Position numbers and translations under genes: made by a program. Below the pieces are notes generated by a model. It ran no database searches and was not told where the DNA came from. It was given only the letters and a program-made list of their open reading frames with translations. A stretch of DNA of 64,000 bases from Lama glama (lineage: Eukaryota): NCBI GenBank assembly GCA_028534125.1, contig CM052818.1:14014001-14078000 (forward strand), given 5' to 3'. Positions 1-13,039 of this stretch are shown piece after piece; position 1 is the first letter of the stretch; every line of letters starts with the position of its first letter.

Positions 1-2339
1 AACCCATATGGCAAGAATATAATTTGACAGGTTGAGGGGGAAATTTTTAATTTCTCTCTCAGTCCTGACTTCTGTACCCCAAGTCATGAGATTCGGAAGC
101 CCAGATGTATGTGTTAGCGTGGTAACAGTAAATACCTCTGTTTTTCAAGCTGACTTCAATGCTAGCTGTCAGCTGATACACCCTCTAGTGTCCCCTGGGA
201 TTGACACGGGAAGGGAATAGGGACTGCTGTTCCTTGTGCTGTCTCCACCCCTGAGCCTCTGCACCAGGAGAAGCTTCAGAGGAGAACGCAGTAGGGCTGC
301 TTTTCAAAGGCAGCGTGAATGGCTATGCTAACCTCCTGCGCTGCCCCGGAGTTACCCTAAGTCAGTCATGGCCTCTATCGAGCCTGGACTTCGGAGCCTC
401 CTTGTCCCCTTCCAGCTACAGCCCCTGCTTAGAAAATGAGTTTTCTCCCTGTGCTGACTCACCTCTCCGACTGCAGAGTGGAGCTGCAGACTAATTCACG
501 GAAGCAGGAGGAAGAACAAGCCAGTATCAGCAGGAACAAAAGCTGCACCAAGTCCCAGAATGAAGTGACATCACAAAATGTTCTAACTCTCCCTGTCTCG
601 TTCCGGAGCAATGGAAAGACAGATAATTCCAAACTGCTGAATGGAAAGGAGAAGTCCGGCTAGATTTTTCTACAAAATGAATATTTAGCACTTTGAAAGG
701 AAAACAAAACTTTCAGCAAGCACAAAGAAAATCAAGTTTTAAATAAAATAGGGTTTCCCAGAGTTTGTGAGGCCATTTCATGGGCCAATAGGCTGAGCAC
801 AGAAGTTTCTTTCACAACCTGATTTACTTGCTCAGGATCCAGGATCAGAAGGAGTTAATTTTCTGTTTTTGGCCAGGGAGGGGTGGCCAAGAACATTCCC
901 AGGGGCAAAGAAGTTCCCACATTTGGCACCAGACTATTGGAGAGGGGCTCCTTGGCTCTCTCATCCCCAGTCACTTAGGACTAGAGGTCACCTCTCCCTC
1001 ACCTTCCTACGAGGGTGGTAAATGCTTCTGCAACTCTTACGTGGGTAGGGGCAGTGTGCGAGTTGAAACCAGGCTGCTGAGCCAGTTTACCTATGTAGGG
1101 GCCCCTGGGTCCTGCAGGTTGTGGGGAGAGGCCACCCCCTGAAGGGGAGTCTATAATAGTGTCCAGCTGCAACAAGGGCCACTGCAGCAGCCTCTTCCCT
1201 GCCACCGCCACCCTGTCTCCTCTTCCTGCTGCAGACAGACTGACAGAAGCTTCCCAGGAGGGCTGAGCAGTCAGGGATGCTAATGAGGGGGAAGGTAGCC
1301 ATGGCCTCACCGGAGATCCTAGTCTGTCTCAGGGAGTATCAGTGAGGCTTGGGTTCAAGTCCACACTGGTCTCAGCGTCCCCGGACTAGAAACCGCAGCA
1401 CTGGGACTCTGAAGGGTCCTCTTCTGTAGGAAAGCAATGCGCACCCCCGTCCCTACCCTCAAATAAGAGAATATCCCTTCCCCCATCCCAGGAAACCTTG
1501 GCCCCTCCCCTTTCCCTACTCCTAGGAAAAAGGGCCTTTCTTGATGGTGGGTTTTTCTATTTTTCTAGTGACAGCACAAGACAGAGCCTTTCTCTCACTG
1601 TCAGTCACCATCTCACCATCTTCCTCCTCCTCATGCCAGCCCTGAGGTTTCACAGGGCCAGGCCTGCCCTCTCTGGACCATCCTCTGAGCTCCTGGCTGC
1701 CCCTGTTCTGGCCACGATTTTTCATTCTAAGATGTGTTCTTCAGAAACCAATTTTCCCATCTTTGTGGGCATCAGATTCTTGCCACTTCTCTTTTTCATT
1801 TTTAAGTATTTTGTGGCTCCATAAACTGCAGTTGAGGGTTTGCAGAAGAGATCAAACAAGGAAGCCAGAGACATGAGCAGCTCTGATGAACCCCATAGCA
1901 GAGGAGACCTTCGATGCCAGCGTTAGATGAGAGTTGGGGGTTATCTGTTATATTTCTCCTTGCCCCTCCCCCCTACTACTTACTCAGTTATACTAGTGCA
2001 GGCCTATCCCTGAACCTCCAGTGTTTATCCACTTAGAAATCTGTCTTTGCAAGACAGCCGAAGCTGCAAGGCCGGGCCCGGAGCCAGTGCAGCATGGATG
2101 CAGTGCCCCGCAGGGCAGGATCCAGAAGAGCCTCTGGGCTGCTGCAGACACCGCTCAGCAGCCTGGCTCCGGGCTCACTGGAGGGGGAGTGCCCGGGGAG
2201 ACGCTCCTCTGTAAAAAGCTCAGAGGTCAGTCGGGGACTTCCTCACTCTTCCGCCGTCCAAGTTTGGGTTTAGACCCATACTGGTGTGGATGGTGCAGCT
2301 TCTCGAAAGCCAGGAGTCTTGATGTGTTTGGGAGCCTGG

Positions 2340-2510
2340 ACTCCTCACCCCCAGTTCTGTGCTCAGATCCTGCTTAATCACCACTTGACTTTGGGCTCTG
2401 TGACCCCCCTGTAAAATGGAGATTTTGCTGTCCATCTTCCAAGATTGCTGAGAGGGGTAAATGAGGTTGCCCATGCCAAGCATTTAGCAAATAATAAACA
2501 TTAGGTCAGT
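2340..2510 (+). mobile_element. MIR SINE fragment
   Basis: CTGTAAAATGGAGAT core. Confidence 0.6.
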
Positions 2511-5460
2511 AGTGATTTTACTGTTGGTATTATTTGTTGTCATCACGGTCAGCAGCATCACAGCCCAATATCAGGAGCTGGTAAGGTCAGCCTGGTATAG
2601 TCCCAAGCAGGCTCGCCCACAGGGAGCCTCTCGAGCTGGCCTCAGCGCCTTCATAAGGCTTCCCTGGCTTTGGGAGCACTGGATTGGAAAGTACTGCCCC
2701 AGTGTTTGCTTCCTTTTGACTGTCATCCTTGGAGCTGAGTCCCCAGAGGCCCATTGCATGATCAGCTGCTTCTGGAGTTAAAGCATTTTTTGAGCTGAGC
2801 GTGCCCACAGGGCAGACCTGAGCTCGCTGAGTCATCCTGCAGCGTCTGAGCCACCAAGACAACAGGCAGCAGCAGTTGGGAAGACGAATGGCCCTGGTGT
2901 GCACAATACTTTTCAAGGGGATTTTAGTGATCGTTTAACATGTCTCAATGCCAGAAGGACTGGGTGGGTGCTAACATTTATTAAACACTTGCTCCCTACC
3001 TGGCCCCCGCCACAGGGCTTTGGTTTCACTGAGCCCAAACCAGACTGCCCAGTGGGGACACCCTTCTCTCAAATTGCCAGACACCCTCCTGAGTGGGTCC
3101 TGGGGTGAGTCCCTGACACCCAGTGGAGGGTGGGAGGTGGCTGTGAAGGGAAAGTCACTAGCCAAGTCCTGGATGTGGGGGACGACTCTCTCCTCCCTTC
3201 ACCCTACCCACACACAACCTTCAAGGTGGGGTTATGGAAGCAAGAGTGGAAAGCATTGATTTCTCCCTGAGGTCATTAAGAGGAAGTGACTTGCAATAAG
3301 GACTATGCTATGAGATCTGTTTTGCACAGTTGCTGTGGATATTTAGTTATTTCTGTTAAAACCACTGTCTATTTGGGCTTAGGATAAGAGAATGTGTCTA
3401 AAAAATGCTTCGTCATTATCCCTGTCCTTACTCTCTGCTTGAAAATCTTGGAAGAGTGAGGTTAAAGTGAAGTGATTTCTTTCAGGCGAATAGTCCAATG
3501 TTCTCTCAGAAATTACTGGAAAAAAAAAACAATTTTGCAACTAGCACATTTCCCAAGGTTTGCAAGCAGATGAGTGAAAAGAAAGGTAATGTATTTTTAA
3601 AAAATACCCTGTATTTTTCCTGATTTGAGGCTGGCTTTTAGATTTATTTCTGGAGTGAACACATTTGGTATTTATGTAAAGAATGAGATAAATAAAAAAG
3701 GATCCAAATGGATATATATAAGTCTTAAGATGGACTGACATTGGTCTGCATTATTGATAAGCAATCAGGAAGTGCTGTTTGGGAACGTTCGTTTCCTTCA
3801 TCAGCAGGAATTTTTCGAGCCTTTATTGGCTCTGGTATGTCGCAAGGTATTCTTGATTGTTCTGCTTCTTTGGATATTATTGTAACCTTGAGTAAATACC
3901 TATGAGCATAAGAAAATGAAAGGTGAGGAGGGGTTCTGAGGGGTCATCTGTCTTATCCCCCAGCTTCGTTTAGAGCAGCAACTGTACTTTCTACTGACAA
4001 GAGAGACCCTCTGAAACTGAGATTCCAGACATTTTTTTTTTGATAATTTGTTCCACCATTTAATGCTCTTTCTTTACCCAAAGTTTTCTCTTACTGATTC
4101 TGAGTGTGAGTGAAATGTCTCACGCTTCAGTGAAGAGGCAACCAGTTGTTCCCCAGGGAGTAAAAAACCCCCCCACCGGTCTGAGATTCTATTTGGGTGC
4201 TACCTCTGTCTCTTCTTTCCTTGACTGAGTGATTCTTATTTTCACTAATTTACTAAGAATCTCCAGGCTAATTACTCTCTGCCTGGAGATGCTGAGTGCT
4301 GCAGGGCACCCAGGCTATCACACAGTCTGAGTCACGGCTGCTTTTTCCCTTGTTCCTGGGCATAGCAGTAAAATGTCCGTCTTGCTCAAGCTCATCCTTT
4401 TCTGGACAGTGTTTCAGCAGAATGGTTGGTGAATAGCAAGTGAATATCCGTAATTCCCCATTTCAGAGGGGAAATTCCAGGGACAGACGTTCTCATCAAG
4501 GCTGAGTTAGCCCTGTTCTAGTCAAGGCCACCTGGCTACACCATACTGCACCTGTTGGTCCTTCTATGGCACAGAAAAAATATGAGGACTTGGCTTTTGT
4601 AAGCACAGATCATACCAGAAGTCATCAGTGGAGTTGAAGCAGCACCTGAATCACCCTGAGTGCTTTATTATCAGTGTTGAAATTTGCCCAACTTTGCATC
4701 TATTATTGAAGGGCTCAAGCTGTCTGGGGACTTTCTCCCATGCTGGCGTCCACTTGCTGGACTTTGCAATATGGCTTGTGATTTTGGACATTAACTGCAT
4801 TTTAGAAGGAATTTAGCACCCTTTTCAAGTATAGCTGGGGTTTTTTGGTTAAATTTCAAAATTATAGGAGTTTTAACTTAATCTTTGAAGAGCTGTGGCT
4901 GAAACATTTCAAAGTGAGTGAATTTAAAAATAATAGTCCAACCTGTAGACTTAAAACAACTCTACTTATCATTCAGAAATGATACTCGGAGCAGCAGCCA
5001 GCTGAGCGTGCTGTCACTAGAAAAGGCTATGAACTTGGAGAGAGCTTCCGCCTTGACCTGCTCTTTGCCATTTTCTTAGGAACGTGTTTAGCACAGAGCT
5101 CCTGAAACTATTCTCTGAGGAATATAACTGTTAAGAGTTCCTGAGGATCCTCTGTTCTTCCTGTTTTCTGGATTCTACTCATAGAAGTTGGTCTAATTAT
5201 TTCTTTGGGGGGTCACAGTCATAAGACAGGACAGGTAGGTAAGGCTAGAGGCCAGGCCTGGTGGTTTTGTAAATTTCCAAATCCAGCCTGGTCGGTTGTG
5301 ATTAACACCCCTTCCCCAGTCTCTCCACTGGAGCCACTCTAGCTGACTCTTCCCCTCGAAACACAGTGAAAACAAAACAAAAAGCAACCAAAAAATAAAA
5401 GAAACCCCCACCCACCCATGAATAGCAAGGGACTCCTAACCCTAACAAATCTTGGTTCTT

Positions 5461-5489
5461 TCTTTCTCTCTCTCTCTCTCTCTCTTTCA

Positions 5490-5561
<72 letters not shown>
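5461..5561. repeat. Compound (CT)n(CA)n microsatellite
   Basis: Directly visible. Confidence 0.97.
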
Positions 5562-5565
<4 letters not shown>

Positions 5566-6619
5566 ACATTACACAAACACCTGTGCAATTCCAGGCCCAT
5601 CCTCCACCCTGGAGCCCTCTTCACCCAGTTGCCTTTCCACCCCAGCAGGAAATTGCTTAGAATTTAGAGAATTACAGCTGAAATACGCCAGTATTTTAAA
5701 ATGCTTAATCATACTTTTCTAAAGCTATATATATGTATGTGTGTGTACATTTGTGTTTATATAAAAAAAAAACCCAAATTTACCATGGTAATTAAAGTGT
5801 GATTTATGACTACAGCCCAGGCTGTAAGGTAGCAGAGGGCACGGTGAGGGGGTTCAGGAGCTGGTCTACGTTTTTTATGTGCACCGCAGGTAGCCTTTCC
5901 TGAATCACTCAGAAGTATCTCAGCATCTCTGTTTTTATGATTGTAATTGGTCAAGGATGAGAAATCCTATCATGGGTCCCTGTTTGTCCAGGGAGTGGTG
6001 TGGACATCTCTGATGCTCACGGATATGAGGGCTCTGGGTGCCCAGGGGGCCCTTTATCTACCCAGAGTCTGACTGACATCTCTGCTCACTTTGGTATCGG
6101 CTCAGCCCAGAGTGCATGACCTTGTTCTATAAATACCAGCCTTGTTTAAATAAGAGCTGCCTTGGACTCGTGGCTACCACAAATACCCCAGATGTAGCAG
6201 GCAGGCCATCCCCTCCTGGCTGTGAGGTTGGATCTGCCCTCCCTCTGTGAGAGGGAGTAGGGGCGTGGGGGGCAGTGCCTAGAGCTGCCATCCCTCACCC
6301 TGTCTTTCCACAGATGCCTGAGGCCCTGATGAGGGCTCTGGGGGATACAAAGATGAATGCAACTCAGTCCCAGCTCTCAAGGAGCTTACAGTGTGATACA
6401 ATAGAAGAGAGATGCGCAGATAATTATAATGTGAGAAAGAAAGAAAGAAAGAAATCCACGGGGGAGGAGGGAGAGGAAGAACAGTTAGGAATTGAGAGGA
6501 GGGTGCGCTCTCTCCCATGTTGTCGGGGATCCCAAAAGGCTTTGTGGAAGATGGGCATTTGAGCTGAGATTGAAGTTTAGGCAGGATTTGGATACAGGAA
6601 AATAGGTGATCTATTTAGA

Positions 6620-7170
6620 AAAATATTACTTTGGATCCCTAGCTCGTTCATCAGACTAAACCCCAAATCCCAACAATTTAATACGAAAAAAAAAAAGCAA
6701 CTCTCAAAATAGTAGAAAATATAATTGAATGTTTCTGTGATCTTGAAATGGGGAAGTTAGTTTGAAACATAAAAGAAAGAAAATATAAAAGAAAAGACTG
6801 CTTTTGACTATAATAAGATGAACTATCACAAGCACCCTGCACAAGATAAGAGAGCAAGGAAGAATGGAGAAATGTTTGTTACTTATAATGGTAGATAAAT
6901 AGTTAATATTAATATAAAGAGCTTGCACAAACTAAATTAGAAAAATAAATATCCTAACAGAAAAATGGGCAAAAGGCAATGAGCAACTCATCAAAAAAGC
7001 AATATAAATGGTTTATGAACATGGAAAAATTCCATGTAAGTAGTAATCAAAGAAACATAAATGAAAACAACAGGGAGATGCTATTTCTCACCTACTAATC
7101 CAAGCAAAGTTTCATTTTTGTTTTTATTTTTTAATGATTATTCCCCAGTGTCCAGGAAGAACAATGGGGA
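6620..7170 (+). mobile_element. Old L1M ORF2 3' fragment
   Basis: AAAAATGGGCAAAAG, AGTAATCAAAGAAA...AAAACAACA...TTTCTCACCTAC; A-rich sense strand. Confidence 0.75.
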
Positions 7171-7570
7171 AAAAATGGGCTGCTTTTAAAACCTCATTGT
7201 TTCTTTAAATGTTTTCTTAACCTGGTTTAAAAATGTACTTTATGATAGTAAATTCTTGGATTAATAAAGAGGCTTAAAGTTGCTTTTAGAAAAGTAACAC
7301 TATGAAGCTCTGTTTTACAAATCTCTTGTATTCCTTCCCCTACTTCCCACCCCTCAATTCCAGAGAAGCAGCAGGTTCTAAGGATCAAGTCCTGGCCTGG
7401 AGTGGAGGCCAGCAACCTAGAGCCAGGGTTCTAGTCTGACCACCACCAGATTTTTGTAAGGCCTGCCAGCTAAGAATGAATTTTACATTTTTGAATGATT
7501 GAAAAAAAATCGAAAGAATACTATTTTATGACGTATGAAAATTATATGACACTTAAATGTTAGTGTCCCT

Positions 7571-7663
7571 TGGGAAGGGTTGGGTATAGGTCAATGGTAA
7601 AGCAAATGCTTAGCATGCGTGAGGTCCTGGGTTCAATCCCCAGTACTGCCATTAAAAAGAAAA
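7571..7663 (+). mobile_element. tRNA-derived camelid SINE (Vic-1-like)
   Basis: A-box-like TAGGTCAATGGT, core GCTTAGCATGCGTGAGGTCCTGGGTTCAATCCCCAGTAC with B box, A tail. TSD GTTAGTGTCCCT (7559-7570) / GTTAGTGTTCCT (7664-7675). Confidence 0.88.
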
Positions 7664-7767
7664 GTTAGTGTTCCTAAATAACATTTATTAGAACACAGCC
7701 ACACCCGTTTGTTTGTGTGTAGACTATGACTGCTTCTGTGCTGCACAGCAGAGTTGAGTCATTCCAA

Positions 7768-8311
7768 TGGTAGAGGAGGAAGAAGTTTTCCTTGACCCTC
7801 TTAGGGTCCCTGGTTGGATCCCAGAATTAAACTAAGACAGATTAACAGGAGAAAAGCATACAAATTTTATCAAAAATTTTACGTGTACATAGGAGCCCTT
7901 ACAAGTGAATGAAGACTCCAAATGACCAGAGCAGGAAGCTTTTATAACTTTCAGACATAGAAGCAATAAATTTGTGAAGAATTAATGAGACAGAGGTTTC
8001 CGCTGGGGTAGTAAATGATGAAGAAGTCAATGAGAAGATAAGGGTTAGTTTAACAAGGTTTGTTTATCCAGCCTCCTCAGCCCTCAATTCTCTGCCTCTG
8101 GTGGTGAGAATGTCTTTTTCCTCCTGGTACAGGGAAGGCACCTTTCACGTGGGCATTTTATGACCCATTTCGAGGAAAAGGACATGTTGTGTGTGTTGGG
8201 GGGGTGTCTGAGTGACCTTCCTGTTTCTACTGTGTTTTAAAATCCTTCAACTTAAGGTGTGTAATATGCCAAGGTGCCCTATTTTGGTCTAGTGTGTCCT
8301 GAGCCCCATCA
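7768..8311 (-). mobile_element. ERV solo LTR (ERV1-like)
   Basis: TG...CA termini interrupting the MER58; left end is homologous to the element at 31918 (GAATTAAA...AGACAG(A/G)TTAACAGG). TSD degenerate; strand inferred. Confidence 0.7.
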
Positions 8312-9794
8312 AAACAAAGACTGCATGGTCCACAAAGCCCAAAACATTTACTCTTTGGCCCCTTACAGCAAAAGTTTGCTGACCCCTGGTCTGGAGTAAT
8401 AGTAGACATGGTGTCTTCAAGGAATTTCAATTCTACAAATCCAAATCCAGCTCTATTTCATTTGACATTTTGGCCCTCCCTTCTCTTTCCCCCTAAATCA
8501 TCATCTCTTCCAAAGGACGGACTCAAATATGTGGGCATGGTTTGGACTGAAGGTTTTGAAATAAGAACATCTCATCTTTAAGGAAAGTTACTTATAATTT
8601 TTAAAAATTGGCTTGTTAACTCTATAATTCAAAATGAGACCAGAGACTTTTTTCATGTCTTTAGTGTTCAGATGGCACGTCTAAACCTGAAATACTAGCA
8701 GGAAAGAAAATAAGATTTCTTATCTCTTTATGTTCTTTTGATTTTATATTTGATTTAGAAATGTCAAAGAATATGATACTATATCCTACAGAGAGTGGTA
8801 ATTTTGTGAAATTTGAATATGCTGATGAAATATACATTTTTAGTCACTTAGCCCTTATCAAAGGAAAAATTCACTTTAGCCCTAAAAATTTGAGCAGTAC
8901 AAATAATTTATTTGCTTATTGTTTATTCACGTGCAGAAATTCTCCTGGTTAATTGTTGATGTGCTCCAGAACTTACATAGGGTTGGTTCATACCATAAGA
9001 GGACAGAAACTGGGTGTATCTCTTTCACCACTATCTAGCTAGTACTTACACACCTAGCACTCTGCCTGGCACATACTATTAATGGGAAAATGTGTTTAAT
9101 GAGTAAATGTGGTTTGTTTATTGTCCTAAAGGTATCAAAGTTTAAAATTCCATTTTGTTTTGTATATGTATAAAAACATATACTAAATTATTTTGGATTC
9201 AATAAAGGCTAAGTGTATTGCTGTTCAACACATCAGTTATTATATTAGTCATAACTTCTATTTTCACAGAGGCTTACTAATATTATACCTCTCAACTGTG
9301 AGCTACCATGAGAAATCTCACTAATGCTATTACAATTGACAATATTATTCTTTTGCTGTTTTGAACATTGATTTTCAAAAACTTTTTTCTGATTGAAAAA
9401 GTAATACTTATTCAAAAGAAATTCAAGGACTATAGAAATATATAGGGAAACTCAATTATAATTTCACCCCTGGAGATAATCCCTATCTATTAACAACTTG
9501 GGCTATCTTTCTTCAGATTTTTTTTTTCTGTGCATATGCCAATGTGTATAGTAATTATTATTCTACTAAAATATACACACTGTTTTGAAACTGTTTTTTC
9601 TCTCTCAAAAACATATTTCCATTTCAACACCTAAAGATCCACTTTATTACATTTAGTGACTGAATAGTTTCCATTATATGAGCCTACCATTGTTTATCTG
9701 CAGCCACTTCCCTGTTGAATAACACTCGGGTTACAATTATTATTTTTAAAGTGCCTTAAAAAAATCCTAGGAGCGCTGTCTATCAAGACACAAA

Positions 9795-9800
9795 CACACG

Positions 9801-9848
<48 letters not shown>

Positions 9849-9873
9849 GAGAGGCAGAGAAAGAGAGAGAGAG
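9795..9873. repeat. (CA)(CG)n(CA)n then (GA)n microsatellite
   Basis: Directly visible. Confidence 0.95.
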
Positions 9874-10829
9874 AAAACAAAACAAAGAGTGAAACAAGTG
9901 AATAAATTTGTGTTTAAGCAATGATAGACCTTGGTGCATCCTGGGAGTTTCTGGCTAGAGCCTTGCAGACAACTTGGCGAAGCTGATGCAATGACAGTGC
10001 AATTATATGTCAGTGATGCAAGGAAGTAAAATTGTAAGCAAACATCTTTTCTAAGGGAACCCATGGCATAAACACTTTCGAGACCTCATTTTAGGGCTCT
10101 GGGGTTTTCAGGTGCAGAGCAGCGCCTGGATGCTTTGTTAGGATTTAGTAGACCACCAGGGAAACAGCCCCTGGGCTGCTGCTTCTCTTTCACTGTCTTT
10201 ATTGTGAACTATTCAGTGGTGACAGTCCTGAATCTTTTAATCCCTCCAACCTGAAGAAAGAGTTGTATTGCAAATAGTTGAATGGATTGATACCTGGTAA
10301 CCTGGAAGGACTTCCAGACAGGACCACTGTTAGGGTTTATGTGACCTGAGATGTATCTTGCAGCTTCACCAGTTTGATTTGAAACAGAGCTAGGGGGCTT
10401 TGGGGAATCCATCCCTAGTAGCTCCCTGTGCTCCTATAGGAAAGACCAGACAAATGTGGCTTGGCAATGACTCGAGTGCAAATTAGGACCTTAACTTCTC
10501 AGTTGGGTCACTCCCAGCCAGGATCCTGCCAATTTACCCCTTTCCAGATGAGTATAAAAAGCAGGAAGTGTGCTGGTGCTGGGGGACCTTATGAATGCTA
10601 TTAGCTTTGTTGAATTTGGATTCCTTTATAGGAAATGTTCTAATATGTGTCAGTGTTACATCATTTAGAGCTGCATATTAGTGGGGTAAAAGTGCCGATG
10701 GAGCTTTAGAATCATTTTTCTAAAATAAATCAGTGTGTCACTAGACAAGAATAAAACGTAAGTCTGTGCTGCTTACCAGATGATCCACAGGGTGAGCAGG
10801 CAGCAACGACAAGGCTGAAAAGAGAGCAG

Positions 10830-11090
10830 CAGTAAGAATACTAACAGCCAATCTCTACACAAGCCCTGTGTGTCAGGCTCTTTTCTGAGCACTTTACAGG
10901 AATTACCTCATTTAAGTCTCACCAGGATCTTGTGAATTGAGGTATTGTTATTATTCTCATTTTACAGCTGAGGAAGCTGAAGCACAGATAAGTCGATAAA
11001 CTGGCCCAATGTCACAAACCTAATAAGTAGTGAAGCAGTGATTCAATCCCCGGCAGGCTACCTCTGGAGCCTGTGCTGTTAGCCACGAGT
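10830..11090 (-). mobile_element. MIR SINE
   Basis: Core TTATTCTCATTTTACAGCTGAGGAAGCTGAAGCACAGA. Confidence 0.8.
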
Positions 11091-11189
11091 ATGCCTGAGA
11101 AATGCAAAACTCTGAAGTCAATGTCAAATCAACCTAAGGGCAGTGAGCATCCCCAGAGCCTGGAGGGAGGTCTGGAAGTACCACCTCCA

Positions 11190-12320
11190 GGAGCCAGGCT
11201 GATGCAAGTCTGGGGCAGGAAATGAAAGCAACTTGTCACAGAGATGTCAAGGGAGCTATCAAAGACTATTAGGGTCATTTCAAAAGGATTCAAGAACCAA
11301 CCTAAAGGGACTCTCACTGGCTAAAGATGTGGCAATTTGAGGAATAATAACAGCAGGAAATTGAAACATACAAATATATTTAAGTCTATGAGTTCACAAT
11401 GATTCTCAAAAAATTGGTCACATTTAGAAGATGATTGAGAAGTAATTCATTATTGATTTGAAAACTGGCAAATAAATTCAATTATTTTTCCTGCCTTTCC
11501 TATATAAGCAATATCTCTGAGTAACTGAATAATGCATGGAGTGAAGCTCTTCTTTATAGAAGTATTTCAGCTGCTAAATGACAAAGGAATAATAAAATTA
11601 GAGTATCACCTTTCTGCAACTCCTAAAGATCTAATAATGGATGTAGATATTGAGCATTACTGATTACTAACCAAAAGAGAGACAACCAAACAACATTTAC
11701 CTCCCGATGGAAGAAGGAAGAACACACCTAATGAAAAAGTCCTACCAAAAAATCTGAATCTCATCAAGCTTCTCATTCCAACTACCAATTTCAGAAAATA
11801 CAGAGGATAGAGGAACATGTTACACTACACTGTGGGAACACAAAGAGCAAGGAATCAGGCTGGGAAACTCTACAGAGCAAACAACTTGATTTGGTCAATA
11901 AATAATTTACAAGGAAAAATTTTAAAAGAGAGAAGGGAAAATCTATAGATTGAAAGAGACTTAAAAGGCATATCAACCAACTGCAATGTGTGGACCTTAA
12001 TTAGGACATAATTTTTTCAAATTCAAAAAGAAATTTATTTGTGAAAAAATTGATAATGTGAATAATGACTGAGTATTTGACGATGTTAAAGAAATACTGT
12101 TAACTATTTTTGGTTTAATAATGATTTTTTTTAGGTCTTCTCTTTTGATGAAAGGATATGCTCTCTGGGATTTGCTTCAAAATAAAATGCAATGAGGTCG
12201 GGGGTAGAGATTAAATAGAATTGGCCCTGAGTTGATTATTTTTGAAGTGGATAATGGGCACATGGAGGCTTATGAATGTTCTACTGTTGTGTATGTTTGA
12301 AAAGTTATCATAAAATTTTT
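11190..12320 (+). mobile_element. L1MC-like 3' UTR fragment
   Basis: GGGAAACTCTACAG, AAAGAGACTTAAAAGGCATATCAACCAACTGCAATGTGTGGACC, GGGATTTGCTTCAAAATAA. Confidence 0.72.
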
Positions 12321-13039
12321 TAGTAAAATAAATAATTTTGGGGTTGCACAAGGTACACACTATTTCTGATCAGAGAATACATGAATAATTTGGCCCCAAA
12401 TACTTTAGATACTAAGGTGAAATGAAACTTATTCTATCATTCATGAGTTTAATGTATGCCCTTTCTATGCTCTGTAATGGCAAGAAAAAAAATTTGAATA
12501 GCTCCTGTTAAAATAAAATGTGAGAACCTGAAGCTAGAAATAGGAAGACAAAAACCAGATAGTACTGTGTCGGGAAATATCAACAGCCATAATGTGCAAT
12601 AGTTTGGTAGCTATTACTTGAGTAGATTCGCTTACAATTTAAACACTAGAATTTCAAGTCCAAATTAATTAACTCTCCTTAAAGCTCCACCATGTCACCA
12701 ACATTTACTGAGCACCTACTCTGTGCTAGGTGCTGGGAATCCAGCCTCTAGCAGGAGAAAAAGGAAACTGTAACTCAAAATGATCGGAGGTAAGACAGAG
12801 GAGAGAACAAAGAGACAGCGCAGCACAGTGCTGGGTTAATTCTCCCCGGGGTGGTGAGAGTTGGAGAGAGCGCCTTTGATAAGATGGCATGAGGCTGGCG
12901 AAGGGGTTGGAGGAGGGGCTCTCTCAAGGAGGGAAAGGACTTGAGGCTGAGGGCGATGAGGAGGAGCTGGAAGCACTGTAAGCCCCCTTGGTGAGTCATC
13001 CTTGGCCCTGCAGACCCCACCCCCTTTCCTGGGGAATCC

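Larger units (their letters stand above)
7403..8388 (+). mobile_element. hAT-Charlie MITE (MER58B-like), split by a SINE and a solo LTR
   Basis: MER58 hallmarks GAACACAGCCACACCC, GCAGAGTTGAG and 3' end GGCCCCTTACAGCAAAAGTTTGCTGACCCCTG. 8-bp TSD GCCTGGAG (7395-7402) / GTCTGGAG (8389-8396). Confidence 0.85.

Noticed and set aside
5302..5667. CV/HT-repeat ORFs (also at 9694-10064)
   Set aside because: Translations of (CA)n microsatellites.
10525..10570. CCAAT + TATAAAAA + GGAAGT as a promoter (similar TATA-like hits at 1152 and 6128)
   Set aside because: Atypical spacing, no clear Inr and no CpG retention; such hits are expected by chance.
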